A stretch of DNA of 64,000 nucleotides from Patescibacteria group bacterium (GCA_041661745.1 JBAZTR010000002.1:4368-68367), one strand, 5' to 3'. Shown: positions 44,276 to 54,248, numbered from the stretch's first letter. The notes: generated by a model from the letters alone, not told the origin. Translations and numbers: made by a program.

Positions 44276-45586
44276 TTATGGACGCAGTCTTTGAACATCG
44301 CGAGGGAAAAGAGTGGCTTCTTTGATGTTATCAAGACCGAGAATGTTTTGCGTCATTCTTTGTAAACCCATACCAAATCCACCTTCTGGCGGAATACCGA
44401 ATTTATGCATCATTAAATAATCTTCAAAGTCGGCCGGATTCAATCCTTTGGCTTTAATTCTTTCCACTTGCTCGTCATAGCGGTTAATACGTAAACCACC
44501 GGAAATTATCTCGCTACCAAAACCGATTAGGTCAAAACTCAAAGTTGAGGTTAAATCTTCTGGATCAACCACTGTATAAAACGGCCGTTTCTTTTCCGGA
44601 TAGTGTGTTACAAAAACAAAACCGCAATTATGTTCTTTTGGCCCCCAAACCGTTGATAGCCATTTTTCGGCCGCCGGCGAAAGGTCCGGCTCGGCTGTTT
44701 CATCAATCCCCGTTCCTTGCTTATAAAGCTCCAGAGCCTCGGTCAACCTGATACGCGGAAATTTTTCACCAAGCGGTGGCAGAGTTGTATTTAATAGTGA
44801 CAATTCCGTCTGACAATCCTCGGAAACGGTTTTCAACATCGTTCTAATGGAAGCCTCGGCGTAGTTCATGATGTCTTCCATATTATCAACGAAACCGACT
44901 TCGAATTCCAATTGGTTAAATTCCGTTAAATGCCGCGAGGTGGCAAATTTTTCAGCCCGGAAAGAATACGAAACTCCATACACCCCTTCGAAAACGCCCA
45001 TGGTAATTTGTTTGTACAGCTGTGCTGACTGGGAAAGGGTGGCTTCGCGGCCGTAATAATCAACTTTAAAAAATTCCGCTCCACCTTCGGAAGCCGCACC
45101 AGCCAAAACCGGAAAAAATATCTCTGTAAAATCTTGGCTGTCCATGTAAGTGCGGAAGCCTTTAACTAAAGCCGCCTGCACGCGAAAAATTGCCCGCTGT
45201 TTTGGATGACGCAAGGTTATAACCCGATTATCAAGAAGCGTTTCCAATTGAACTTCCAAATTATCTTTGTTTATTTCAACCGGCACCACGTCTTTTACTG
45301 GTGACAACACTTCCACCTTGGTTGCCTGTACTTCAACTTCGTTGGCGTTTGGATCTTTGCTTTGTTTTTTTACCACCCTACCGGTAACCCGTAACACGGT
45401 TTCCATTTGCAGGTCTTTAATTTGCCCGAGCTGGTCGGCATCAAGCACCACCTGCAATAATCCGGTGCGATCGCGCAAAATAGCAAAACCAAATTTGTTC
45501 AAATCGCGTAAACGATGAAGCCAACCGGCAACGATTACTTCTTCACCAATCTTTTGAGCAACATCTTTGTTTAAAACTCGATTCAT
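44276..45586 (-). CDS. aspS: Aspartate--tRNA ligase, short archaeal/non-discriminating type
   Basis: GWLHRLRD, LSQSAQLYKQ, FRAEKFATSRHLTEF, EIISGGLR, PPEGGFGMG..TLFPRD; no GAD insertion (436 aa). Confidence 0.88.
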   Translation of the reverse strand: MNRVLNKDVAQKIGEEVIVAGWLHRLRDLNKFGFAILRDRTGLLQVVLDADQLGQIKDLQMETVLRVTGRVVKKQSKDPNANEVEVQATKVEVLSPVKDVVPVEINKDNLEVQLETLLDNRVITLRHPKQRAIFRVQAALVKGFRTYMDSQDFTEIFFPVLAGAASEGGAEFFKVDYYGREATLSQSAQLYKQITMGVFEGVYGVSYSFRAEKFATSRHLTEFNQLEFEVGFVDNMEDIMNYAEASIRTMLKTVSEDCQTELSLLNTTLPPLGEKFPRIRLTEALELYKQGTGIDETAEPDLSPAAEKWLSTVWGPKEHNCGFVFVTHYPEKKRPFYTVVDPEDLTSTLSFDLIGFGSEIISGGLRINRYDEQVERIKAKGLNPADFEDYLMMHKFGIPPEGGFGMGLQRMTQNILGLDNIKEATLFPRDVQRLRP

Positions 45587-45600
45587 ATAAAATTTATTCT

Positions 45601-45634
45601 CCCTCTCCTTACGAAGGAGAGGGTTGGGGTGAGG
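45601..45634 (-). repeat. REP-like palindrome abutting the asnS stop
   Basis: Minus strand TAA-CCTCACCCCAACCCTCTCCTTCGTAAGGAGAGGG. Confidence 0.8.
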
Positions 45635-46936
45635 TTAGGGGGTAATTCTGTTGATCAGTCTTGGAAATGGAATGGATTCGCGAACATGTTCAAGGCCGCA
45701 AATCCAGGTAACCAGACGTTCAAGACCAAAACCAAAACCAGAATGCGGCACTGAACCGTATTTGCGTAAATCCAGATACCATTGAAAAGCGTCGAGCGGC
45801 AGATTGTGTTCTTTAATGCGCGCCAACAATATTTCGTAATCATCTTCACGTTGACTGCCACCGATGATTTCGCCATAACCTTCCGGGGCAAGCAGGTCAG
45901 CACAAAGAGCACGCGACGGATCAGCTGGATCGCGCTTCATGTAAAAAGCTTTCACCTCGGCTGGATATTTTTCCACAAAAATCGGGCGATCGTATTGCTT
46001 GGTCAAAATCGTTTCATCATCACCGCCCAAATCATCCATTTCCCCAATGTCGCTACCGAGTTCGTGGAGTTTGGCCACGGCTTCGGCATGGGTCATACGG
46101 ACAAACGGGGCCTGAATTTTTTGCAATGGTTCAATGGATCGCTCCAAAACTTTCAACTCGTGCTGGTTCTTTTCCAAAACATCTTTGACAATGCGGCAAA
46201 CCAATTCTTCTTGAATCTTCAAGTTCTCGTCGTGCTCAACAAACGCTGCTTCGGCATCCATCATCCAAAATTCTGTCAGGTGACGGCGAGTCTTTGATTT
46301 TTCAGCGCGAAAAACCGGACCAAAATCAAAACACTTGCCCAAGCTCATCACTCCGGCTTCCAAATACAATTGACCAGACTGGGCCAGGTACGCTTTGCCA
46401 ACATCAAAATAATCCATTTCAAAAAGTTCCGTTGTTCCCTCGCAGGCATTCGGGGTCAAAATCGGCGTATCGAATTTTACAAAACCGGTTTCCTTAAAAT
46501 AATCGTAGGTGGCACGAATAATGGTGTCGCGAACGCGTTGAATGGCCCACTGCTTTTCAGCGCGGAGCCACAAATGACGATTGTCGAGCAAGAAATCCGG
46601 ACCGTGTTCTTTTTTACCAATTGGATAATCCTCGGGTGCGAGCTGAACAATTTCAACCAAAGTGCCATCAAGTTCAAAACCCGAAGGGGCGCGTGGTTCG
46701 GCCTTAACCGTGCCATGAATAATAACCGAAGATTCAATGCGAAGGGTGGTTAATTTTTCCCACTGTTCAGCCGGCAAACTGGCCGCCGAATAAACGATTT
46801 GTACTCGGCCGGTGCCATCGCGAAACTGCAAGAAAAAAATCTTACCGCTGGAGCGGAAGTTGTAGGCCCAACCCTTAAGTTCGACCTCCTGACCGACGTA
46901 TTTTTGGATCTCGGAAACAAATGTATATTTAGGCAT
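45635..46936 (-). CDS. asnS: Asparagine--tRNA ligase
   Basis: DNRHLWLR, YLAQSGQLYLE, FRAEKSKTRRHLTEFWM, GEIIGGSQRE, WYLDLRKYGSVPHSGFG. Confidence 0.95.
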   Translation of the reverse strand: MPKYTFVSEIQKYVGQEVELKGWAYNFRSSGKIFFLQFRDGTGRVQIVYSAASLPAEQWEKLTTLRIESSVIIHGTVKAEPRAPSGFELDGTLVEIVQLAPEDYPIGKKEHGPDFLLDNRHLWLRAEKQWAIQRVRDTIIRATYDYFKETGFVKFDTPILTPNACEGTTELFEMDYFDVGKAYLAQSGQLYLEAGVMSLGKCFDFGPVFRAEKSKTRRHLTEFWMMDAEAAFVEHDENLKIQEELVCRIVKDVLEKNQHELKVLERSIEPLQKIQAPFVRMTHAEAVAKLHELGSDIGEMDDLGGDDETILTKQYDRPIFVEKYPAEVKAFYMKRDPADPSRALCADLLAPEGYGEIIGGSQREDDYEILLARIKEHNLPLDAFQWYLDLRKYGSVPHSGFGFGLERLVTWICGLEHVRESIPFPRLINRITP

Positions 46937-47084
46937 AATGCACTGGTTAGTTTAGCGTAATTATTGGATTTGGTGAAGTGGAAAACCAGGCGGAAAACAA
47001 GAGGAAAAATAGCGAAAATTAGACAAAAAAATCGACCTGTTTAAAGCGGGTCGATTTTTAAAGTCTTGACCCTCATCAAAAGTA

Positions 47085-47113
47085 TTGACAAAAACAAAAA
47101 AATGGCTTAATCT
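47085..47113 (+). promoter_or_regulatory. Sigma70-like promoter for the orphan ORF at 47191
   Basis: TTGACA (47085-47090), 17 nt, TAATCT (47108-47113). Confidence 0.55.
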
Positions 47114-47190
47114 AGCCATGGCTTTTCGGAGTGGTTCCGTTAGCCAATTCCCCGCGGCGATCACCCACTGACCGCCCATAAGGAGCTCAC

Positions 47191-47616
47191 GTGTCCCTCG
47201 GCTATTCTCCCCCCTCCCAACCCTCGGCCACTGACCTTCTCGCCCGCGCCGCCCACATCGCTCCATCGAGCATCCTCAGCGCTCGGCGAGCCAAGTGCCA
47301 CCCCGCGGTACTACGGGAAGTCTGTCGGAACCCTGGCGATCGGCCGGTCTACTCGCACCTGCGTCACGTGGTGCAGTGCCTGGCCTACACCTACGATCCG
47401 GCCTGCCTTCAGCTCGTCATCGACGAGTGTGGCAGCGATGCTGATGCTCTGGCCCTGGCCGTGATCACGGTCAATCGGCGCCCGGAGCTTCGCAACGTTC
47501 TGCCGGCAATCTTCGGAAACGACACGGTCAGCCTGGTCGTGAGCCGCTTCACGGATCGGGTCAGCCCGAAGCTGATCCGTGAGTGGAACGAATTCCTCCG
47601 GCCCCGCCGCCGCTAG
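47191..47616 (+). CDS. Hypothetical protein (GC-rich orphan)
   Basis: AAGGAG 5 nt before GTG start, strong C/G third-position bias, own promoter. Confidence 0.6.
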   Translation: MSLGYSPPSQPSATDLLARAAHIAPSSILSARRAKCHPAVLREVCRNPGDRPVYSHLRHVVQCLAYTYDPACLQLVIDECGSDADALALAVITVNRRPELRNVLPAIFGNDTVSLVVSRFTDRVSPKLIREWNEFLRPRRR

Positions 47617-47671
47617 TCGTTTCGCTTCATTTCCTCCGTCGTCATCCCTCAGGGACTGACGACTTTTATTT

Positions 47672-48445
47672 TTACAAGTTACAGGCCGCGCGCAAAGTCG
47701 TGGCTGGAATTGTCGGAAAGTGGGCCACAAGTAATCCTTCCACGGCTTCGTGATATTCACCCAAAATTTCACCATTCAATCTTGGCCGCAACAATTCATT
47801 AAATCTTTCACTTAAAGCAAAACGCATTAATTTTAAAACATCATCTGATAATGGTCGTGCCGAAAACCATTGTTCCCCGTCGGCCTGGACGCAGGCGCGA
47901 CAAACCACCCCACCCTTCAACGCATGCCAATGAAACTCGCCGGGACGAATTGTTTCGCGACACTGCAGGCATCCGCCGAGTTCCGGACGATAACCAAGCA
48001 AGGCTAAAAGTTTAAGGGCAAAAGCAGAAAGTAAAAAAGCGGCGCGTTCCGAAGTTAGGTCTGGTGCTTTATGTAAAAAAATAAGAAAATTTTTCACTTC
48101 GTCGTATAAAGACCAATCAATTTCGTGTTCACGTGTCCCCAAATCAACCAACTGCAGCATGTGATGCGCCACCAGCGATTTTGACAAATCGTCATACAAA
48201 CCGGCAAACGATCTTAATCTTTCCACTCCAGCCACGGTCTCATGGGCTCGTCCGTGGACCACCAGCAAATCAACTTCAGCGCAAAACTCCAGGTGTGGAG
48301 AAAGTTTAGCCAAAGGCTTACGCGCCCCCCGACCAATAATTTCCACCTTGCCGTGTTCGCGGGTTAAAACAGAATAAACGCGATCTGACTCCCGCCAGTC
48401 GCGTTTATTTAAAACAATGCCGGTTGTGTGATAAAGAATCGACAC
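47672..48445 (-). CDS. recO: DNA repair protein RecO
   Basis: TTGIVL..ESDRVYSVLTREHGKV..GARK; CxxC..CxxC zinc finger after LGYRPEL. Confidence 0.93.
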   Translation of the reverse strand: MSILYHTTGIVLNKRDWRESDRVYSVLTREHGKVEIIGRGARKPLAKLSPHLEFCAEVDLLVVHGRAHETVAGVERLRSFAGLYDDLSKSLVAHHMLQLVDLGTREHEIDWSLYDEVKNFLIFLHKAPDLTSERAAFLLSAFALKLLALLGYRPELGGCLQCRETIRPGEFHWHALKGGVVCRACVQADGEQWFSARPLSDDVLKLMRFALSERFNELLRPRLNGEILGEYHEAVEGLLVAHFPTIPATTLRAACNL

Positions 48446-48450
48446 AAAAG

Positions 48451-48852
48451 TTACTCTTCAAATCGTCTAGAAAAAAACTGCTCCAAAATTAACATCGCCG
48501 CCAAAGCATCTTCTTCTGCCACCGCCCCTTCTTCTCTTTGCAAACGAATACTCTCCGAAGTTGTGTACGATTCGTCTTCTTCGAACACCGGAACAGCTAC
48601 GGCTGCCCTTAGTCTTCCAATAAAAGCCTGGGTCTTCTGCAACTGTTCCGGCCCATGATGTCCGCCATTGGCCAAAGGAACACCTACAACAATCTGATCC
48701 ATGTTTTCAAGATGAACCTTTTTGGCCAAATCTTTAATTGTCTCATCGCCGTTGTTGGTAATTACCTCGAGCGGCAAAGCTACCCCGGCGGTTGATTCGC
48801 CGAAGGCTAAGCCAATTTTTCTATCGCCGTAATCGATACCTAAAATACGCAT
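48451..48852 (-). CDS. ruvX: YqgF/RuvX nuclease
   Basis: ILGIDYGDRKIGLA, IVVGVP, DESYTT, DALAAMLILE. Confidence 0.93.
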   Translation of the reverse strand: MRILGIDYGDRKIGLAFGESTAGVALPLEVITNNGDETIKDLAKKVHLENMDQIVVGVPLANGGHHGPEQLQKTQAFIGRLRAAVAVPVFEEDESYTTSESIRLQREEGAVAEEDALAAMLILEQFFSRRFEE

Positions 48853-48857
48853 AAAAA

Positions 48858-49379
48858 TTAACTTTTATTTACTTTATATCTAACCTGCAATATATCGTCA
48901 GCAATTTTTACAGAGTCAATAAAAGATAGTCGTTTTTCAAAATCCTTCTCTGCAAAAAGAGGTACGCCACTCCCAATAATTGCTGGCTCGATATCTAGTA
49001 TTACTTCGTCAATCAAATTCTCGCCTAAAAACACACTATTAATTGTGCTTCCACCTGTTAGAAGTACTTCCTCGAAATTCATAGACGCGGCTTTTTCGAC
49101 GGCTTCCTGGGGCGAACTAACCGCTATAAACGGTGGGTCTAACTTTAAATCCGTATTGGTAGAAACGACCATCTTTAATTTGGCATCAATATCGTCAAAA
49201 TTATAATCCGGCCATTTTTGAACGGCTTCATAAGTTTTCCGACCGATAATAAAACAACCACGTTGTTTTGCCAATTCAGCAAACGACTCCCAATTGGTTT
49301 CCGATAAAAAATTTTCATCACCGTTTTTACTGGCGATCATTCCATTCAAAGACATGGCCATGAACAAAGTAACTTTCAT
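48858..49379 (-). CDS. Dihydrofolate reductase/RibD C-terminal family protein
   Basis: MAMSLNGMIA, IIGRKTYE, LTGGS, IEPAIIGSGVPLF. Confidence 0.85.
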   Translation of the reverse strand: MKVTLFMAMSLNGMIASKNGDENFLSETNWESFAELAKQRGCFIIGRKTYEAVQKWPDYNFDDIDAKLKMVVSTNTDLKLDPPFIAVSSPQEAVEKAASMNFEEVLLTGGSTINSVFLGENLIDEVILDIEPAIIGSGVPLFAEKDFEKRLSFIDSVKIADDILQVRYKVNKS

Positions 49380-49407
49380 ACAAAAAATGAAAAATATTTT
49401 TTATTTT

Positions 49408-49441
49408 CCCTCTCCTTACGAAGGAGAGGGTTAGGGTGAGG
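49408..49441 (-). repeat. REP-like palindrome abutting the map stop
   Basis: Minus strand TAA-CCTCACCCTAACCCTCTCCTTCGTAAGGAGAGGG. Confidence 0.8.
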
Positions 49442-50215
49442 TTATGGCAATGGTGTAAGAATTTCGTGTCCGTTTTTTGTAATAACAATTGTTACTTCAA
49501 AATGCGCAGCAATGCTGTTATCTACGGTTATCGCTGTCCAACCATCATCAGCGGTTTGCACTTCACTATTGCCCATGGTAATCATCGGTTCAATTGCTAA
49601 ACACATACCGGGTTTAAGCGGGACACTTGGCTGCCGCGGGTAAGTGTAATTAGGCACATTAGGTGCTTCGTGCACAGCGTGGCCAACCCCATGGCCAACT
49701 AATGCCGTAACAATACCGAAGCCGTGCGGCTTAACATGTTTTTCCACGGCCGCACTAATGTCTCGAACATCGCCTTTAGGTTTAGCCGCAGCCACCCCGG
49801 CAAACAAGGCCTCACGGGTGACCCGCATTAATTCTTCGTCCTCAACGGAAATTTTTCCAACCGGCACGGTTACCGCCATATCAGTAAAGCGTCCTTGATA
49901 TTCGCAACCAATGTCTAAACTAACAATATCACCCTCTTTTAATTTAATTTTACGATTAGCTATGCCATGCACAACTTCGGGGCCAATGGAGATACAAAGG
50001 GTAGTCGGAAAGGCCGGTTCGTTTCTTGAACCACGATAACCTTTAAATGACGGCACCGCGCCATCCGCGCGCAAGGACTTCTCAGCAATTTCTTCCAACT
50101 CACTAATAAAAATCCCGGGGCGCACGGCCTTTGCCGCTGCGGCCAAAGCCCGCGAAAGAATTTTTCCACCCTCGCGCATGGCTTTAATGTCTTCATCGGA
50201 TTTTATTAGTGACAT
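49442..50215 (-). CDS. map: Methionine aminopeptidase type I
   Basis: EVVHGI, GDIVSLDIG, GHGVGHAVHEAP, AIEPM, AHFEVT. Confidence 0.96.
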   Translation of the reverse strand: MSLIKSDEDIKAMREGGKILSRALAAAAKAVRPGIFISELEEIAEKSLRADGAVPSFKGYRGSRNEPAFPTTLCISIGPEVVHGIANRKIKLKEGDIVSLDIGCEYQGRFTDMAVTVPVGKISVEDEELMRVTREALFAGVAAAKPKGDVRDISAAVEKHVKPHGFGIVTALVGHGVGHAVHEAPNVPNYTYPRQPSVPLKPGMCLAIEPMITMGNSEVQTADDGWTAITVDNSIAAHFEVTIVITKNGHEILTPLP

Positions 50216-50218
50216 AAA

Positions 50219-50842
50219 TTAAATAAAAATTTTATTTACGATTGTCGCAACTTCCTCAATCGTTCCGGAACCATCGACACGATTTAAAATTCCCATTTCC
50301 TCAAATCTTTTAGCAACAGGTTCGGTCTCGGTATGATAAATTTCCAGTCTTTGTTTAATAAGCTCGGGGGTATCATCGGAACGTTTAACCAATTCGCCAC
50401 CACAAGCTTCGCAGACTGGATGAATTGTTTTGTGCTTCTCTTGATAGCCACGATGACAATTGGCACATTGCAAGCGGCCGGCTAAACGTTCAAGCGATTG
50501 TTCGTCGGAAATTTCCAAAAGAACGGCGTGGGTTGGCTTTACCGCTTCAAGAAATAATTCAGCCTGACTTAAGATACGTGGAAAACCATCAAGAATCCAA
50601 CCATTGGCCGCATCCGGGTGGTTTAAACGTGATTTAATTATTTCAATCATTAACTCGTCTGGTACCAAAGTTCCGCTTTCGGTATATTTGGCTACCTCGT
50701 AACCCAGATCGGTTTTTTCGGTAACCTCTTTCCTAAGAAGCGCCCCAGCGGAAATCGCTGGAATATTCAACTCCTTAGCTAATAATTCGGCCTGTGTCCC
50801 CTTTCCTGCCCCTTGTGGGCCCATGATAAGAATTTTATACAT
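50219..50842 (-). CDS. adk: Adenylate kinase
   Basis: GPQGAGKGTQA, LVPDE, ILDGFPR, Cys4 LID, RSDD. Confidence 0.95.
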   Translation of the reverse strand: MYKILIMGPQGAGKGTQAELLAKELNIPAISAGALLRKEVTEKTDLGYEVAKYTESGTLVPDELMIEIIKSRLNHPDAANGWILDGFPRILSQAELFLEAVKPTHAVLLEISDEQSLERLAGRLQCANCHRGYQEKHKTIHPVCEACGGELVKRSDDTPELIKQRLEIYHTETEPVAKRFEEMGILNRVDGSGTIEEVATIVNKIFI

Positions 50843-50926
50843 AACGGCTGTAGTATAGCAGAGTGATTAAGGGAGGTTAAGGGGCTGCGACGTAAACTAA
50901 AAAACCGTCCATCATTGGACGGTTTT

Positions 50927-50968
50927 CCCCCTCTCCTTACAAAGGAGAGGGGGGTTCGGGGGGTGAGG
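50927..50968 (-). repeat. REP-like palindrome abutting the secY stop, followed by a terminator (50899-50926)
   Basis: Minus strand TAA-CCTCACCCCCCGAACCCCCCTCTCCTTTGTAAGGAGAGGGGG. Confidence 0.75.
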
Positions 50969-52228
50969 TTAGAGCTCGTACTCGCGCATCGTTAACTGGG
51001 CCTCAATCTGTTTTACTGTTTCAATAACCACGTTGACCACGATCAGGACTGAGGTTCCACCAATAACCAAACTGGCATTACCTGTAAAGCCCTGCAAAGC
51101 GACCGGCATTACAGCAATGGCTGCCAAGAACAAAGCACCGGCCAGCAAAATACGGTTGGAAACATAGTTCAGATACTCAGCCGTTGGCTTGCCTGGACGA
51201 ATACCAGGGATAAAGCCACCTTGATTTTGCAAATTCTCGGCCACCCGATCAGGATGGAAAATAACTGCTGTGTAAAAATACGAGAAGAAGAAAACTAAAA
51301 GGAAATAGGCAATGCCGTAAAACAACTGATTATCAAACATGGTCATGGTAAAGTTGGCCGCCTCACGTAACCAATCGCTCTTAGCACTGGTAAAAAATTG
51401 AGCGAACACCCGAGGAAACAAAATAATGGAAATAGCAAAGATAATCGGGATAACGCCGGCCATGTTCACCTTGAGTGGCAAATGGTTAGCCACGGCGCCG
51501 TAACGGGAAACCCGACCGCCACGAGCGTACTGGATTGGCACGTTTCGTTGTGCCTCGTGCATAATCACCACACCGATAATCGTCAAACACACCACCAAGA
51601 CAAAAAGAATCAAAGTTATCATTTGTGAACGGTCGTATACAGCCAACGAGCGTTGAAAAAACTGTGGCAACCCGGCAGCAATACCGGCAAAAATCATGAT
51701 AGAAACCCCGTTACCAACGTGCTTTTCGGAAATCAATTCACCGAGCCACATGATAAATATTGTACCAGCACTCATGGACAAAATGGCAATGAGAATTGTT
51801 AACCAACTCAAATCTTGAAAAACGTCCGGAACCTGCTGACGCAAAAGTAGAATCATGCTGTAACCCTGAAACACGGCCAAAGGCACGGTTAGCCAACGCG
51901 TCCACGAGTTAATCTTTTGGCGACCCTGCTCTTCCTTTTGCATTTCCTCAAACTTCGGAACAATCATGGCTAACAACTGGAAGATAATTGAAGCGGTAAT
52001 GTACGGGGCCACTCCCAAAGCCACAATGGAAAAATTTTCCAAGGTACCACCGGAAAAAATATTAAGTAAACCGAAAAACTGATTACTTTGAAAAAATGAG
52101 GACAGGGCTCCGGCGTCCATACCAGGCACGGGGATGTGCGCGGCGACCCGGAAAATCGCTAGCATGGCGAGAACGAACAAAACACTGTTTCTCACCTCAG
52201 GCGTTCGAAAAACACGCTGAAGGATCAT
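50969..52228 (-). CDS. secY: Preprotein translocase SecY
   Basis: SIVALGVAPYITASII, WLGELISEKHVGNG, AGVIPIIFA, FIPGIRPG, GGTSVLIVV. Confidence 0.98.
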   Translation of the reverse strand: MILQRVFRTPEVRNSVLFVLAMLAIFRVAAHIPVPGMDAGALSSFFQSNQFFGLLNIFSGGTLENFSIVALGVAPYITASIIFQLLAMIVPKFEEMQKEEQGRQKINSWTRWLTVPLAVFQGYSMILLLRQQVPDVFQDLSWLTILIAILSMSAGTIFIMWLGELISEKHVGNGVSIMIFAGIAAGLPQFFQRSLAVYDRSQMITLILFVLVVCLTIIGVVIMHEAQRNVPIQYARGGRVSRYGAVANHLPLKVNMAGVIPIIFAISIILFPRVFAQFFTSAKSDWLREAANFTMTMFDNQLFYGIAYFLLVFFFSYFYTAVIFHPDRVAENLQNQGGFIPGIRPGKPTAEYLNYVSNRILLAGALFLAAIAVMPVALQGFTGNASLVIGGTSVLIVVNVVIETVKQIEAQLTMREYEL

Positions 52229-52237
52229 AAATTTATT

Positions 52238-52681
52238 TTAAGCGGCAATAATTTCACCGCCGGCTTTGATAATTTTTTCTTCGGCTGGCTTTGAAACATG
52301 ACAACCCTTAATCACCAAACGATGTTTGATTTCTCCTTGACCCAAAATCTTGACGCCACCTTCCAATTTAGAAATCAAACCCTTAGCTAAAAGAATTTTT
52401 GGGGTAATGGTTGCTGATTCAGAAAAATGCTTAGCTAAAATTTGCAGGTTAATCACAACCGGCTTGTCTTTTAGACCTTGAAAGCCGCGTTGTTTTGGCA
52501 ACTTCAACATAAGGGAACGTAAACCCTTAAGCTGAAGGCCGGAACGACCGCCCGAACGAGCGCGTTGACCCTTAACACCGCGACCGGAATATGAGCCGGT
52601 CGAGCCAAGACCACGGCCAATGCGCTTTTTTCCTTTTTTAGCGCCAACCGATGATTTTATTTTATGCAAAGCAAGAGACAT
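52238..52681 (-). CDS. rplO: 50S ribosomal protein uL15
   Basis: RIGRGLGS..GRGVKGQRARSG, VKILGQG. Confidence 0.95.
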   Translation of the reverse strand: MSLALHKIKSSVGAKKGKKRIGRGLGSTGSYSGRGVKGQRARSGGRSGLQLKGLRSLMLKLPKQRGFQGLKDKPVVINLQILAKHFSESATITPKILLAKGLISKLEGGVKILGQGEIKHRLVIKGCHVSKPAEEKIIKAGGEIIAA

Positions 52682-52685
52682 AATT

Positions 52686-53312
52686 CTATTTTACTTCAGA
52701 AACGGATTTTGTGGGAAGACGGAGCCGTTTCATGGCATTAATCGTGGCTTTGGCCACATTGATTTTATTTGAAGAACCGAAAATTTTACTAACCGCATTC
52801 GGGACACCGCCAAGTTCCAAAACCACCCGAACTGCCCCACCGGCCTTAAGCCCAGTACCTTTTGGCGCTGGTTTAAGAAGAATAATGGCCGCGCCAAATT
52901 TTTCTTGAACAGCATGAGGTACGGTTTCCTCAACCATAGGAATGACAAAAACTTTTTTCTTGGCTTGGCGGAAAGCTTTTTCTACGGCCATTGCCACGTC
53001 AGCTCCCTTGGCCACACCAAAACCAACCTTACCGGCCCGATTGCCAATAAGAACTGCCGCACGAAAACGCATGCGTTTGCCGCCGGCCGTCACACGAGTG
53101 ACGCGCGAAAGCTCAAGGATCTTTTGATCGTATTCCTTGGGTTCACGGCTATCACGGCTGTCGCGACCGCGTCCGCGGCCACTACCACTACCGCCACGAC
53201 GGCGATCACCGCCACCGCGACCGCCTCGTGTCGGTCGATTCGGTTTATCCGAAATCGGCGCCGCCACTGGCGTTTCGTTTTTTACGACTGGAGTTGTGTT
53301 TTCTTCCGACAT
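52686..53312 (-). CDS. rpsE: 30S ribosomal protein uS5 (RG-rich N-terminal extension)
   Basis: RVTRVTAGGKRMRFRA, PAPKGTGLKAGG. Confidence 0.96.
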   Translation of the reverse strand: MSEENTTPVVKNETPVAAPISDKPNRPTRGGRGGGDRRRGGSGSGRGRGRDSRDSREPKEYDQKILELSRVTRVTAGGKRMRFRAAVLIGNRAGKVGFGVAKGADVAMAVEKAFRQAKKKVFVIPMVEETVPHAVQEKFGAAIILLKPAPKGTGLKAGGAVRVVLELGGVPNAVSKIFGSSNKINVAKATINAMKRLRLPTKSVSEVK

Positions 53313-53318
53313 ATCATT

Positions 53319-53681
53319 TTAGAAATTTAAACCGCCTTCACGAGCCCCGTCGGCTAAAGCCGCGACTAACCCATGATAGCGATAACCACCGCGATCAAAA
53401 ACCACTAATTCGATTTTCTTTTCTTTGGCGCGGCTAGCCAAAAGCTTGCCGATCTCTTTGGCAACTTCGAGCTTTGTACCCTTTTCTTTAATTTCAGAAT
53501 CAGAAGCCGCCGCTAAAGTTTTGCCGACAGTGTCGTCAATCAATTGAGCGTAAAGATGCTTTAAACTGCGCTTAACTGTAAGCCGTGGCTGTTCGGCCGT
53601 GCCCTTTGTGCGAGCACGAACACGCGCCGCACGTAATGTGGCTAAGCGACGTTTTTTTTCAATGGGATTTTTTACCTTCAT
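53319..53681 (-). CDS. rplR: 50S ribosomal protein uL18
   Basis: [26 protein letters not shown]. Confidence 0.96.
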   Translation of the reverse strand: MKVKNPIEKKRRLATLRAARVRARTKGTAEQPRLTVKRSLKHLYAQLIDDTVGKTLAAASDSEIKEKGTKLEVAKEIGKLLASRAKEKKIELVVFDRGGYRYHGLVAALADGAREGGLNF

Positions 53682-53692
53682 ATGATTAATCT

Positions 53693-54241
53693 TTAAGCGG
53701 CGCCAGCCTTACCGGCCTTACCAGCCTTGCGGCGGACAATTTCATCCGTGTATTTAATACCAGTACCTTTGTATGGTTCCGGTGGACGGATACGACGAAT
53801 GCTAGCAGCTGTTTCTCCGACTAACTGTTTGTCGATGCTACTCAAGGTGACAACGTTCTTATCAATCACCGCGGTTACGCCATCAGGCAACGGAAAATTT
53901 ACTTCATGGGAAAAACCGACTTCTAAAACAATCTTCTTGCCAACCAAATTGGCACGATAACCAATACCATTAATTTCAAGAGCTCTGGTAAAACCAACGG
54001 TCACGCCTATAACCATATTCTGCAAAAGGGCACGAAAGGTTCCCCACAATGCTTTTTCTTTTTTGATTTCCGGATGGGCCACCGATAATCTTAATTCCTC
54101 ACCATCACGAACCAAAGTCACTGCGACTGGCAAGCTAAGCGAAAGACTGCCCTTCGGTCCTTTGACCGTGACATTTTGTCCGTTCTGCGTCACTTCGACG
54201 CCAGAAGGAATAGTAATCAGTTTTAATCCAATGCGAGACAT
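53693..54241 (-). CDS. rplF: 50S ribosomal protein uL6
   Basis: [20 protein letters not shown]; start 54241. Confidence 0.96.
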   Translation of the reverse strand: MSRIGLKLITIPSGVEVTQNGQNVTVKGPKGSLSLSLPVAVTLVRDGEELRLSVAHPEIKKEKALWGTFRALLQNMVIGVTVGFTRALEINGIGYRANLVGKKIVLEVGFSHEVNFPLPDGVTAVIDKNVVTLSSIDKQLVGETAASIRRIRPPEPYKGTGIKYTDEIVRRKAGKAGKAGAA

Positions 54242-54248
54242 ATTAGTT

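Noticed and set aside
46961-47775. Minus-strand ORFs 46961-47266 and 47311-47775
   Set aside because: The + strand ORF has the promoter, SD and codon bias; these overlap it or recO and look like shadows.
50219-52228. Absence of infA-rpmJ-rpsM-rpsK-rpoA after secY-adk-map
   Set aside because: Probably a simple operon break with the genes elsewhere; loss cannot be inferred from one window.
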